Below, one piece after another: positions 38,679 to 49,137 of a stretch of DNA of 64,000 bases. The stretch is from Bacteroidota bacterium (GTDB lineage Bacteria; Bacteroidota; Bacteroidia; Sphingobacteriales; Sphingobacteriaceae). Location: NCBI GenBank assembly GCA_037032985.1, contig JAZBLB010000027.1:4295-68294 (forward strand), in the 5' to 3' direction. The notes under the pieces were generated by a model that did not search any database, was not told the origin of the DNA, and was given only the letters and a program-made list of their open reading frames with translations. Numbering within the stretch: the first letter of the stretch is position 1; every line of letters begins with the position of its first letter. The translations under genes were made by a program, and so were the position numbers.

Positions 38679-39710
38679 ATGACAAAAAGTAAAGGCCCGA
38701 TTATATTGCATGCGTTGTACTGGGCGGTTATAGTAATCATCATTACATTAAGTGTCTTTTTTGATTCTGATACAAAGAACATGAAGCACTTCCTGTTATC
38801 GCTCGTGTTATTTGGAATTATAAACGTTTCGCTTTTCTATATTAACTACCTCATCCTTATCCCCCAGTTCATAAAAAAGAAAAAAAAATACTTTTTATAT
38901 ATCTTCCTTTTCGTCATTCTTCTGGGCGCTACGGCATTTGTAAAAACAGCGGTTGCGGTGTTAAATCCAAAAGAGATGATGGAATACATGATGGAAGGTA
39001 AGCGAAAAACCATTACCGTAGACCAGTATTTCTTCGCACAATTATTTTTATGCGGCTTCTTCCTGGTTTCGAGTTGCCTCATCAAGATTGCAGCAGACTG
39101 GTTTGCAAATGAACGCATTCAACGCAACCTGGAAAGTGAACGCCGGGAAATGGAACTTCAATTTTTAAAGTCTCAGTTGAACCCGCATTTCCTTTTTAAC
39201 TCGTTAAATAATATTTACTCTCTTGCTTACCAGAAATCAGATAAAACCGCCGATGCCATTATGAAGCTTTCAGAAATTATGCGTTACATGATTTATGAGA
39301 GCAATACGCCCACAGTGGCTTTGAGTAAGGAAGTCGATTATCTCACCAATTATATTGAGCTGCAAAAAATCAGGTTTAAGGATGGTGCCTTTATTGAACT
39401 TACTTTGAACGGCGAAATTGATGATCAAAAAATTGTTCCCCTGATGTTAATTTCCTTTGTGGAGAATGCTTTTAAACATGGCGTCGTAAATGATCCGGAG
39501 CATCCGGTTAAAATCAATATCATCGCTAACCAGAAAATACTTCATTTCAGCGTGATTAATAAAAAGAATAACCAAAATAAAGATGCACAGGGTGGGGTGG
39601 GCTTAACCAATGTAGAAAGAAGATTACAGTTGGTTTATCCGGACAGATATAAATTAAATGTTGTAAATTCGGCTACTCATTACACCTGCGAACTGATGAT
39701 TGATATTTAA
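38679..39710 (+). CDS. LytS/YehU-type sensor histidine kinase
   Basis: 'LKSQLNPHFLFNSLNNIY', 'LSEIMRY', 'ISFVENAFKHG', 'GVGLTNVERRL'; about 4 N-terminal TMs. Confidence 0.93.
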   Translation: MTKSKGPIILHALYWAVIVIIITLSVFFDSDTKNMKHFLLSLVLFGIINVSLFYINYLILIPQFIKKKKKYFLYIFLFVILLGATAFVKTAVAVLNPKEMMEYMMEGKRKTITVDQYFFAQLFLCGFFLVSSCLIKIAADWFANERIQRNLESERREMELQFLKSQLNPHFLFNSLNNIYSLAYQKSDKTADAIMKLSEIMRYMIYESNTPTVALSKEVDYLTNYIELQKIRFKDGAFIELTLNGEIDDQKIVPLMLISFVENAFKHGVVNDPEHPVKINIIANQKILHFSVINKKNNQNKDAQGGVGLTNVERRLQLVYPDRYKLNVVNSATHYTCELMIDI

Positions 39711-39766
39711 TTCGGGAACCAAAACCAGCGAATTCGAGTAAAAATCATTTAATAAATTAACCTAAA

Positions 39767-40516
39767 ATGAACTTAAACTGTATTGTTGTTGATGATGAGC
39801 CTTTAGCGCTCGATATTCTACAAGATTATATCTCGAAAGTGCCTTTTTTAAACTTTGTGAAAAGGTGTGAAAACCCGATAGAGGCTTTACAAATTGTTCA
39901 GGCTGGTGGTGTTGACTTGGTATTTCTGGATATTCAGATGCCGGAGCTTACCGGGATTCAATTTCTGAAGATTGCAGGAAATAAGTGCCACTATATATTA
40001 ACTACCGCCTATCCGCAATATGCGCTGGAAAGTTATGACCTTAATGTTTCTGACTACCTTTTAAAGCCAATCGCATTTGATCGTTTTTACAAAGCAGTTG
40101 AAAAGGTTCATAATCAATTTAAGCCTGTTGAACAACCAGCAAGCGCAGCCCAGCCCATCATTACCCCAGCACCGTTTTCAGCTCCGGCAAACCCGGTTCA
40201 GGATTATATTTTTGTAAAAACCGAGCATAAAATTCAAAAAATTTACCTGCACGACATTCTCTTCATTGAAGGTTTAAAAGATTATATCTCCATTTTTACG
40301 AAAGCAGAACGTGTAATTACCCTTCAAAGTATGAAGAAAATGGAAGAAGCGTTACCGCAAAGTCAATTTATCCGGGTACATAAATCCTATATTGTAGCAG
40401 TAGATAAAATCGAAAGTATCGAACGTAGCCGGATCACCATTAATCAGAAAATTATTCCTGTTGGAGATACCTATCGGGATGAATTTTTCAGGGTGATTGG
40501 AAATAAAAATATCTAG
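39767..40516 (+). CDS. LytTR-family response regulator
   Basis: 'VDDEPLA', 'FLDIQMP', 'LLKP', LytTR 'FIRVHKSYIV'. Confidence 0.95.
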   Translation: MNLNCIVVDDEPLALDILQDYISKVPFLNFVKRCENPIEALQIVQAGGVDLVFLDIQMPELTGIQFLKIAGNKCHYILTTAYPQYALESYDLNVSDYLLKPIAFDRFYKAVEKVHNQFKPVEQPASAAQPIITPAPFSAPANPVQDYIFVKTEHKIQKIYLHDILFIEGLKDYISIFTKAERVITLQSMKKMEEALPQSQFIRVHKSYIVAVDKIESIERSRITINQKIIPVGDTYRDEFFRVIGNKNI

Positions 40517-40601
40517 TTTGCAGGGAGAGGTTCCTTTACTAGTACAAGTCTTAAGCGGATGTTCATCGTGCAGTTTGCTGGTGCACGCTAACCATCCAAT
40601 C

Positions 40602-41348
40602 TTAAATTTCCGTTTGCTGACCGAGTACTTTTCTGATTTCTGTCTCTACAGCTAATGTAATCTCGTTAGCCGTTTTATCGCCAGGCTCTATGGGTGGTAA
40701 TACTGTCCATTTTAGGGCATGACCAGTGGTGAGGGGATACATGCCAAAACGAACAATTTTCCAGGAGTTTTCGATAGCAATAGGTACGACCAATGCATTT
40801 GGAACAGCCTTTAATATCGTAGCAATACCACCGAACTGGAAGGTTTTCACCTTTCCGTCTTTTGCTCTGGTACCTTCAGGAAATATCACGGTACTCCAGT
40901 TATTTTCTTTCATCCGTCGGCCAAGCTTGATAATTTCCGAGATCGCCTGTTTATTGTCCTTTCTATTAATGTTTGCTCCACCCCCTAAACGTAAGTTAAT
41001 GGAGATCGAGGGAATTCCTTTGGTGAGCTCTATTTTAGAAATAAACTTTGCACTGTATTTTCTTAAAAACCAGATCAGGGATGGGATATCGTACATGCTC
41101 TGGTGATTGGCGGCGAAAATAATAGGCCGGTCTGTCGGTAGGTTAAAGTCATTTTTGAAAGTCACCGAATTCAGCAAAAATACCTGGCAATAAGTAAGAA
41201 AGAAATTTAAGATATCTACAGAAACCTTATGCGCTTTATAGCCAAAAAATCGGTAGCAAACCCACTGTATTGGGTGGAAAACGCAAAGTGTTAAAGCAAA
41301 GAAAAAATAAAAAACGGGAGTTAAAATATATCCGATAAGCTTGCTCAT
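40602..41348 (-). CDS. 1-acyl-sn-glycerol-3-phosphate acyltransferase family
   Basis: NHQSMYD (HxxxxD) and FPEGTR motifs. Confidence 0.92.
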   Translation of the reverse strand: MSKLIGYILTPVFYFFFALTLCVFHPIQWVCYRFFGYKAHKVSVDILNFFLTYCQVFLLNSVTFKNDFNLPTDRPIIFAANHQSMYDIPSLIWFLRKYSAKFISKIELTKGIPSISINLRLGGGANINRKDNKQAISEIIKLGRRMKENNWSTVIFPEGTRAKDGKVKTFQFGGIATILKAVPNALVVPIAIENSWKIVRFGMYPLTTGHALKWTVLPPIEPGDKTANEITLAVETEIRKVLGQQTEI

Positions 41349-41381
41349 TTGATTAAAAGATTGGTTCGGCAAAGGTAATGA

Positions 41382-41936
41382 TTAGATCTCGCCGTTTAAA
41401 ATCATCAGCTTTACTTTCAAAATGGCAGCCACACTAACTGAGTCTGTAATTTCACCATCTATCACCATTTGGTAGACCGTTTGGAAAGGAAGTTTTCTAA
41501 CCACGAGCTGTTCGGTTTCTTCTGGCATTGCAATGCCATGAATGAGGTCTGTAGCCAGGTAGATAATATTTAATTCATCACTTACCGAATTAGAAAGGTG
41601 CATCCGCTGAATTTCTTTCCAGTTCTTAGCACTCAAACCAGTCTCTTCTAAAAGTTCTCGTCTGGCGCTTTCAAGTGGTTGTTCATGAAACGGGCCACCG
41701 CCTTCCGGAATCTCCCAACTGTAGGCTTTTAAAGGGAAGCGGTACTGGCCAACTAACCAGGTATTCTGCTCTTCATCCAATGGTAAAATGCCAATAGCAA
41801 AATTTTTGAAATGAACTTCGCCGTAAATGCCCGTGCCACCAGATGGGTTTATTACCTGGTGCTCGGTTACCCGGATCCAATTGTTATCATATTTAACATC
41901 GCTTGCTAATGTTTTCCAGGGATTTTGTTCTTCCAT
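41382..41936 (-). CDS. NUDIX hydrolase (ADP-ribose pyrophosphatase-like)
   Basis: 'WEIPEGG...ARRELLEETG' Nudix box; start reassigned to 41936. Confidence 0.92.
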   Translation of the reverse strand: MEEQNPWKTLASDVKYDNNWIRVTEHQVINPSGGTGIYGEVHFKNFAIGILPLDEEQNTWLVGQYRFPLKAYSWEIPEGGGPFHEQPLESARRELLEETGLSAKNWKEIQRMHLSNSVSDELNIIYLATDLIHGIAMPEETEQLVVRKLPFQTVYQMVIDGEITDSVSVAAILKVKLMILNGEI

Positions 41937-42025
41937 GGCGCAAGATAGTAAATATCGGTTTTCGGGCAATAGGGAGATAAAAAAAAGGTATTCCGTTAAT
42001 TTGGAATACCTTTTTCTCAATGAAT

Positions 42026-44512
42026 TTAGAATGATCCTTCATCAGGGCGATTTTCCTGCTGATCTTCTTTTTTCTTTTTAGCGGCGGTGAAGGTTGTTTT
42101 TCCGAATCGGTAAGAGAAAGTCAGGTTACCCATTGTTCCCTGCATTTGGCGTTCGAAATCTACAATTGTAAATTTGTCTTCAGTGGTCATGCTCCATCTT
42201 CTGGTATTAAATACATCCCTTACGTTAAAACTTAAAGAAGCTTTTTTATTTGGGAAATCGTATTTCGCGCCACCGTCAATTCCATACATCGCATTGCGTT
42301 TACCTTGTGCCATCACCTCTGGTGCGCGATAATCTCCGCGTGCCTGGATGGATAAGTTTTTAACTACAGTTAGATTTGCAGTTAAGTTGGCATTCCAGCT
42401 AAAACCTTTACTATCGGGAATGTCAAATCTTGCATCGCCATCAAATTTTGCCTGGTAAAGGTTGACGTTTGTAGTGAAATTTAAAGCCTTTACTAAATCA
42501 AAACGGCCGATTAGTTCTAATCCACTGTTAATCTGACGGGACAAATTCTGAGGGGTTGAAGTGATAATACCATTAACTGGCGAACTTCTTACCCTTTGAA
42601 TGACGTCATTGGTTTGACGGAAATATAAACTTGATGTTAAGGTTATTTTTTTCCAGTATTTACTGTAACCCAATTCAAAAGAGTGCACATCCTCTGGCAA
42701 TAAATTTGGATTACCACCTCTATAGTTTAATGGATCTGAAACGTCAAGGAATGGGTTAGTGTCCCATGGACGTGGGCGGTTTACCCTGCGGGTATAGCTT
42801 AGTTGAACCTGATTATCACCTTTTAGTTTTTGCGTTAAAAATACACTTGGGTATAATCTTTTATAGTGAATGTTGCCTTCGCTGGTAGTTAATACATTGT
42901 TAGTATACCCTTCTAGGTGGGTGTCTAAACGGGCATCTTCAGCCCTCAAACCCAATTGATATCCGAAGTCTTTGATCTGGTTTTGGTAGTTTAAATAGAG
43001 TGCATGTACCTGATCCTTGCTATCAAAATTATTAATCAGCTTGTTATTTTCAATGTAAACATTGGTATTTGTTAAAATAGAATCGGCATACTGATTATTA
43101 TCGCCTAAACGGATCTGACTGCGGTATCCGGCTTCTACTTTTCCAGCCTTGCCAACTGGCAGGCTATAGTCGGTTTGGATGTTGTAATTGGAATTATTTC
43201 CTCTGTTAAATACCCTTACCAGACTCAAGTTTTCATTTAAAGCAATGTTATTTCTGTTGGTTACCGTGGTACTATAATTTTGATCGTTGTTATTATCCCC
43301 GTTTGAATAGCCAAAGTTAAAAGTCAATTCTTCTTTCGGTTTTTTAAACTTCTGAACGTAATCCAAATTCAAGTCGTAACTGCTGCCGTAGCTATCGTTT
43401 AAGTTGGTTCTGTTGCTTAATAAAACCGGCGTCTGCGCCCGGTTCAATTGCCTGATGTCCAGCAATTCGTTTCGCTCATTTTCCCTGGAATTGAAGCCAC
43501 CTGAGAAACTGATCACACTTTTAGGCGCCAGGTAATAATCTAACCCTGCCTTGGCGTTATGACCTTTTTCTAAAGATGTCGATCGCGTTACCTGGTTGGC
43601 AAAGGCTGTTCTGGAGGAGTCCGACTTATAAAAAATATCCTGATAGCCGCCACCAAGACGGTTTCCGTAACGGTAACTGTAATTTCCATAAAGGTTAACT
43701 TTGCTGTTCTGGAAACTTAAATTGGTGTTTGCATTGTAGTTATCACGGTTACCAGCAGTGATGGCAGCAGATCCATTGAACCCAAGTTTGGTGTTTTTCT
43801 TCAATACAATGTTAATGATTCCAGACTGTCCCTCTGCATCATACTTTGCCGATGGATTGGTAATCACTTCCACACTTTCAATAGAACTGGCGGGGATGGA
43901 TGCTAAAATCTGAGCTACGTTTCCTCCGGCAATTAATGAGGGCTTACCATCAATTAACACCCTAACGCCTGATGAACCGCGTAAACTTACGTTACCGTCC
44001 ATATCTGTAGAAACTGAAGGAACATTTTGCAATAAATCCGTTGCTGAACCGCCTTCACTAATTACACTTTGATCAACGGAGAAGATTTTCTTATCGATTC
44101 CCATCTGCATGCCTTGCTTTTGGCCTGTTACAGTGACCTCACTTAGGATATTTCCTTTTGCCGCATTCATTTTGATCTCGCCAAAGTTCATCGTGCCTGT
44201 TGCTGCGGTAATTGCGATGTTATCCCTTACCATGGTTTGGTAGCCAACGAAACTAATTTTAAAAGTGAAGTTTCCTTTTGGTAAATCGGCCATTACAAAC
44301 GCTCCGTTTAGATCTGTCTGGGCTATTTTAACATTTTTTGCTGTGGCTTTATCAATTAAAACTGCGGTTGCAAAGGGAATGGTTTCTTGTGTTTTTGCAT
44401 CTTTTAAGGTTCCGGTTATCTTAGCGGTTTTACCGGTTTGAGCAAAAAGATTAAAAGTTAAACTTAAGAGTAGGAGGGTTATGGGTAATGTTCGTAATTG
44501 TAAAAGTCTCAT
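42026..44512 (-). CDS. TonB-dependent receptor / outer-membrane beta-barrel protein
   Basis: Signal peptide, CarboxypepD-like N-domain, plug 'DLLQNVPSV...IPASSIESVEVITNPSAKYDAEG', C-terminal 'LTFSYRFG'. Confidence 0.88.
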   Translation of the reverse strand: MRLLQLRTLPITLLLLSLTFNLFAQTGKTAKITGTLKDAKTQETIPFATAVLIDKATAKNVKIAQTDLNGAFVMADLPKGNFTFKISFVGYQTMVRDNIAITAATGTMNFGEIKMNAAKGNILSEVTVTGQKQGMQMGIDKKIFSVDQSVISEGGSATDLLQNVPSVSTDMDGNVSLRGSSGVRVLIDGKPSLIAGGNVAQILASIPASSIESVEVITNPSAKYDAEGQSGIINIVLKKNTKLGFNGSAAITAGNRDNYNANTNLSFQNSKVNLYGNYSYRYGNRLGGGYQDIFYKSDSSRTAFANQVTRSTSLEKGHNAKAGLDYYLAPKSVISFSGGFNSRENERNELLDIRQLNRAQTPVLLSNRTNLNDSYGSSYDLNLDYVQKFKKPKEELTFNFGYSNGDNNNDQNYSTTVTNRNNIALNENLSLVRVFNRGNNSNYNIQTDYSLPVGKAGKVEAGYRSQIRLGDNNQYADSILTNTNVYIENNKLINNFDSKDQVHALYLNYQNQIKDFGYQLGLRAEDARLDTHLEGYTNNVLTTSEGNIHYKRLYPSVFLTQKLKGDNQVQLSYTRRVNRPRPWDTNPFLDVSDPLNYRGGNPNLLPEDVHSFELGYSKYWKKITLTSSLYFRQTNDVIQRVRSSPVNGIITSTPQNLSRQINSGLELIGRFDLVKALNFTTNVNLYQAKFDGDARFDIPDSKGFSWNANLTANLTVVKNLSIQARGDYRAPEVMAQGKRNAMYGIDGGAKYDFPNKKASLSFNVRDVFNTRRWSMTTEDKFTIVDFERQMQGTMGNLTFSYRFGKTTFTAAKKKKEDQQENRPDEGSF

Positions 44513-44819
44513 TAAAAAATAAAATTTGTGTGTGTATTGTAAAGGCAGACAAAGTAACGGCAACTTAGTTTAATTAGAGAGGCGTAACTATTTTATTACA
44601 GCGGTTTTAACGTAATATTCTTGTGGGCGTCAATCTTACCAAAGGTTTGAAATTATTACTGCTTTTAGCAGGTTAAGCATTTCTTTAAAATGTTACTTTT
44701 GTGCATCGCTTGGATCTCCTTAACCAAGGTAAATGGTAGAGGTAAAAGTGTGGCTGAAAACCGTTTCCTTGTTAACAATAACCAACTTAAGTATTGGGTT
44801 TAAAAAGAAAAAGTTACAG

Positions 44820-45743
44820 ATGAAAAAAATATTAATAGTTGACGATTTACATCCGATTTTTAAACAACGTGCTACTGAAATGGGCTACCAGGTGGATGAT
44901 GAGCCACAGATTACCCGTCAGCAGACGCTGGAGAGAATTAAAGACTATGTTGGCATTGCAGTACGAACAAAGTTTAGAATAGACGCGGAAATTTTTGCTG
45001 CTGCTCCAAATTTAAAGTTTGTAGCCAGGGCTGGTGCCGGCTTAGATAATATAGATGATAAAATCGCCTTTGAACGAAACATCGCATTAATCAATGCGCC
45101 TGAGGGAAACTGTGATGCTGTTGGTGAGCACGCCACCGGATTGTTATTATCGCTAATGAATAACTTTCGCAGGGCCGATCATCAAATTAGAAACGGGGTA
45201 TGGGATCGTGAAGGAAACCGCGGTTATGAATTAAAAGGTAAGAAAGTTGGGATTATTGGCTATGGTTTCATGGGACAAAGTTTTGCGAAAAAACTTGCAG
45301 GTTTTGAAGTAGATGTGATGGCTTATGATAAGTATAAAACAGGGTTTAGTGACGCCTTCGCCCGCGAGGTGAGTATGGAGGAGATTGTTAAACACAGTGA
45401 TGTGTTAAGTTTACATGTTCCTTTAACTACGGAAACAAAATTGATGGTGGATGATGAATATTTTTTTCACTTTAAAAAACCTATTTTCTTTATCAATACG
45501 GCGCGGGGAGAGATTGTGAGTATCCAGGCGGTGTTAACTGCTATTAGTTCAGGTAAAATTTTGGGGGCGGGATTGGATGTGCTGCAAGCAGAAAAATTTC
45601 CAGCTTTGGGCGAACAAAACTGGTATGAAGAGTTAAAAACCAATGATCAGGTTATCTTAACCCCACATGTTGGCGGCTGGACATTCGATTCTTACCGGAA
45701 GATTTCCGAGGTATTGGCAGATAAGTTAGCGCAGCTTTTGTAA
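44820..45743 (+). CDS. D-2-hydroxyacid dehydrogenase (SerA-like, no ACT domain)
   Basis: 'ARAGAGLDNID', 'GIIGYGFMG', 'INTARG', 'LTPHVGGWT'. Confidence 0.88.
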   Translation: MKKILIVDDLHPIFKQRATEMGYQVDDEPQITRQQTLERIKDYVGIAVRTKFRIDAEIFAAAPNLKFVARAGAGLDNIDDKIAFERNIALINAPEGNCDAVGEHATGLLLSLMNNFRRADHQIRNGVWDREGNRGYELKGKKVGIIGYGFMGQSFAKKLAGFEVDVMAYDKYKTGFSDAFAREVSMEEIVKHSDVLSLHVPLTTETKLMVDDEYFFHFKKPIFFINTARGEIVSIQAVLTAISSGKILGAGLDVLQAEKFPALGEQNWYEELKTNDQVILTPHVGGWTFDSYRKISEVLADKLAQLL

Positions 45744-45883
45744 GCTGAAAGCGATTGACTTTTGGTTTTACTCCGCGTTCCTTTTTTCCAATCTCATTCT
45801 AAATTAGAAACAGTTGTGCTTATGCGGATATTTCCCAGCTTTTTTTTGCTAAATTGGATTATACAATCTAACTAAACTATACC

Positions 45884-46360
45884 ATGCCGAAAGATCATTT
45901 GTATTCAACAACAATAACATGGACAGGCAATAAGGGCTCTGGGACAATGGATTATCGCTCTTATGATCGGGATTATTTAGTTTCCGTAACGGGTAAGGCC
46001 GATATTTCGGGGTCTTCAGATTCTGCATTTTTAGGTGATAAATCTAAATACAATCCCGAAGATTTATTATTGGCTTCGATTTCGAGTTGCCACATGCTCT
46101 GGTATTTGCACCTGTGTTCAAAAAATGAAATTGTAGTTATTGATTATAAAGATGAGGCTGTAGGAACCATGGAAGAATCGGCAGATGGAAGTGGTAGGTT
46201 TAGAGAAGTAACCTTACATCCTAAGGTATTAATCGCCGATAAGGCACATTTTGAACTTGCAGATGCCTTACATAAAGAAGCGAATAAAATGTGTTTCATT
46301 GCAAATTCGCTTAATTTTCCTGTTAAACACGAAGCCAGCTGTAAAGCGGAGAATGATTAG
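45884..46360 (+). CDS. OsmC/Ohr-like protein
   Basis: 'NPEDLLLASISSCHMLW' and 'CFIANS' Cys pair. Confidence 0.88.
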   Translation: MPKDHLYSTTITWTGNKGSGTMDYRSYDRDYLVSVTGKADISGSSDSAFLGDKSKYNPEDLLLASISSCHMLWYLHLCSKNEIVVIDYKDEAVGTMEESADGSGRFREVTLHPKVLIADKAHFELADALHKEANKMCFIANSLNFPVKHEASCKAEND

Positions 46361-46364
46361 TTTT

Positions 46365-46400
46365 CAGTTGGCGGTTCTTCGAATTGGAAACCGCCAACTG
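46365..46400. terminator. hairpin between the convergent OsmC and M1 peptidase genes
   Basis: CAGTTGGCGGTT...AACCGCCAACTG, a 12-bp stem. Confidence 0.75.
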
Positions 46401-46410
46401 TGAAAACCGT

Positions 46411-48291
46411 TTATTTTACTTCATAAACATTGTCTGATGGTGTAGCATCCATAAAAATGCCCCCATCCAGTTTAATCGATTTTATTTTACGGTTGGTGTT
46501 AACCGTCATTGTCATTTCCTTTTGATTGGTCTTCCAAACTGCGGGTGTTTTATGAATGGTTTCGGTTTTACCATCGGTATCAGTAACTAAAATGTCGAAA
46601 GGAATTGCAAAGCCTCCTTTATTTTTGATTACAAAAGTTGCCTTACCATTAGTGATTTGAGGTTTCGACATCGCTAAATCAATATAGTTATTGGTGAAGA
46701 ACCAGTTTTGAAAAAACCAGTTTAAATTCTGTCCCGAACCTGTGTTCATCGAATTAAAATAATCCCAAGGAATAGGATGTTTTCCATTCCAGGTATTCAT
46801 GTAATGGTGTAACGCTTTTTTGAAAGTCGCATCGCCCAGCATATCTTTTAAGGCCAGGTAAGATAGCGATGCTTTGCCGTACGAATTATTTCCATAACCT
46901 ACACCAGAAACCTGATCAGACATGGAAATTACAGGCTGGTCTTCTTCTGTAGCTTTATCATTGATGTAGCTTTGAACCCGAAATTTTTTATAAAAATCAT
47001 CTGCAGCTTTTTTACCATGCTCGGCTATTCCGATTAAATATTCAAATGTAGTTGCCCAACCTTCATCCATGTAGGCATATCGGGTCTCATTGATGCCCAT
47101 GTAGAAAGGAAAATAGGTGTGTGCCACCTCGTGATCCTGCACCAGCTGTGCGAAAACCGGATCGCCAAAGTTTGAATCGTTCACCATCATTGGATACTCC
47201 ATATCGGCAAAACCTTGGAAAGCAATGGTTTTTACATAAGGATAAGGGATACCAGGCCAGTTATTTGAAAACCAGGATAAAGCGTTGATATTGTATTTCA
47301 CAGAGTTAAGAAAATCCTTTCCGGTGTTTGCATCATAAGCCGCTTGCGCACTTGCCCTGCGGCCAGTTTTAGCATCTACCACCACACTTCCCCCATCCCA
47401 CACGTAATGATTACTTAAGGCAAAAGTAACATCAGTAATATGATCAACCTTAAATTTCCAAGTATTCCAGTCTTTTTGAGTAGTGACTTTTCCGTTCTTT
47501 AATTCATCTTCAGTAGCAATATGCACCACCTCATCGGTTAGTAAAGATTTTTTTAAACGAGCGACAATTTCTGGTTGCAGCACCTCTTCCGGATTTAAAA
47601 AATCTCCGGTAGCGTATACTACATAATCTTTTGGTGCGCTCACAGCAAAAACATAGTCGTTAAAATCATTGTAAAATTCCGCTCTGTCTGTATGCGGGAT
47701 ACGATCCCAGCCATTATAATCGTCGTAAACCGAAATGCGCGGATAACTATAGGCAACAAAAAACGAACTTGGATCAATTTGCCCTTCTCGCCCGCTTTGT
47801 TTAGAGAGTGGATAATCCCAATTAATTTTTACGGTAATTTTAGATTTCGGATTTAAGGGTTTTTTCAATCTCACATTCCCTACAGTTCCCCAATCCTTGC
47901 TGTCGATTTTGTAGCTATCCCCATCTACGATAAACGAGGAAATATGCAGACCACTGGAAAGAAAATCTTCCCCTACCGAGCCACTACGCGGTGAGGTCGG
48001 TTTATGTAGGTTATTGACAAACCGGATGACAAGGGTTTTTAAGGTATCCTGACTGTTATTACTGTAGAGGATTTCTTCCTGTCCGCTTACCGTTTTACTT
48101 TCGGCATCTACCTTGATATCCATGTTGTACTTACCATGGTTTTGCCAATAATTGGGGCCAGGTTGACCGTTCATTGATCGGGTTCCTTTAGTATAGGCCG
48201 CTTTGATGTTTCTGGGCATATAAAGCTCTTGGGCAGAAACAGCATAATTACCCAAACAGATGAGCAGGGCAATGGTCAATAACTTTTTCAT
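46411..48291 (-). CDS. secreted M1-family metallopeptidase
   Basis: Signal peptide; 'DMEYPM', HEVAH (HExxH), 'WATTFE' preceded by 'MDEG'. Confidence 0.9.
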   Translation of the reverse strand: MKKLLTIALLICLGNYAVSAQELYMPRNIKAAYTKGTRSMNGQPGPNYWQNHGKYNMDIKVDAESKTVSGQEEILYSNNSQDTLKTLVIRFVNNLHKPTSPRSGSVGEDFLSSGLHISSFIVDGDSYKIDSKDWGTVGNVRLKKPLNPKSKITVKINWDYPLSKQSGREGQIDPSSFFVAYSYPRISVYDDYNGWDRIPHTDRAEFYNDFNDYVFAVSAPKDYVVYATGDFLNPEEVLQPEIVARLKKSLLTDEVVHIATEDELKNGKVTTQKDWNTWKFKVDHITDVTFALSNHYVWDGGSVVVDAKTGRRASAQAAYDANTGKDFLNSVKYNINALSWFSNNWPGIPYPYVKTIAFQGFADMEYPMMVNDSNFGDPVFAQLVQDHEVAHTYFPFYMGINETRYAYMDEGWATTFEYLIGIAEHGKKAADDFYKKFRVQSYINDKATEEDQPVISMSDQVSGVGYGNNSYGKASLSYLALKDMLGDATFKKALHHYMNTWNGKHPIPWDYFNSMNTGSGQNLNWFFQNWFFTNNYIDLAMSKPQITNGKATFVIKNKGGFAIPFDILVTDTDGKTETIHKTPAVWKTNQKEMTMTVNTNRKIKSIKLDGGIFMDATPSDNVYEVK

Positions 48292-48472
48292 TTTTTTGAA
48301 TAATTTCGATAAAAATAAAAAGAAATAAGGATCAATTGCGCGGGCCTGTGCGCAAATAATTTCTTTAGGTTCACTTTAAAAGAATTAATTTTCTTATTTG
48401 GCAAGATTCATCCGCACGAGTATGCTGCAGCACGGGTTAAAGCTTCAAAATCCGGTAAATGTTAATCTTTTA

Positions 48473-48560
48473 TTTGCTTTTGTAATTTCCAGATTTTATC
48501 TTCGTTATAATTGAAGCAAGACTATGTAGGAACCAACTATGTAGTCTTGTTTGTTTTTTA
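48473..48560 (+). promoter_or_regulatory. greA promoter and leader terminator-like hairpin
   Basis: TTTG (48473)-N20-TATCTTCG (48497); 13-bp stem CAAGACTATGTAG/CTATGTAGTCTTG followed by TTTGTTTTTT. Confidence 0.6.
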
Positions 48561-48588
48561 TAGCGTTTGAACAAAAATTAATAGAGCA

Positions 48589-49062
48589 ATGACAGAGGTA
48601 ACGTACTATACACAAGAGGGATTAGATAAATTAAAAGAGGAAGTTCATTATCTAACCACCACAGGGCGTCAGCTAATATCTAAAGCAATTGCTGAGGCCA
48701 GAGATAAAGGTGATTTATCGGAAAATGCAGAATACGATGCGGCGAAAGAAGCGCAGGGCCTGCATGAGGCAAAAATCTCAAAACTTAAAAATACCTTGGC
48801 CAACGCCAGGCTAATTGATGAATCAAAAATGGATTTATCAAAAGTATTGGCATTGTCTATCGTGAAAATAAAAAATGTGAAGAACGGCGCTACCATGACT
48901 TACCAATTGGTTGCAGAAACCGAAGCAGACCTGAAGACTGGAAAAATTTCCGTAAAATCTCCAATTGCTCAAGGTTTATTAGGAAAATCTGTAGGCGAAT
49001 TCGCTGAAATCGAGGTGCCTGCAGGTAAAATGCAATTCGAAGTTTTAGAAATTTCCAGATAA
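48589..49062 (+). CDS. greA: transcription elongation factor GreA
   Basis: 'ARDKGDLSENAEYDAAKE', 'ISVKSPIAQGLLGK'. Confidence 0.97.
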   Translation: MTEVTYYTQEGLDKLKEEVHYLTTTGRQLISKAIAEARDKGDLSENAEYDAAKEAQGLHEAKISKLKNTLANARLIDESKMDLSKVLALSIVKIKNVKNGATMTYQLVAETEADLKTGKISVKSPIAQGLLGKSVGEFAEIEVPAGKMQFEVLEISR

Positions 49063-49137
49063 GGCAAAATGCGGAGGGTTGAGGCCAAGGTCTTCACTCC
49101 GCTATTCATCCCTTTCACCTTTTAACCATTACCAATT

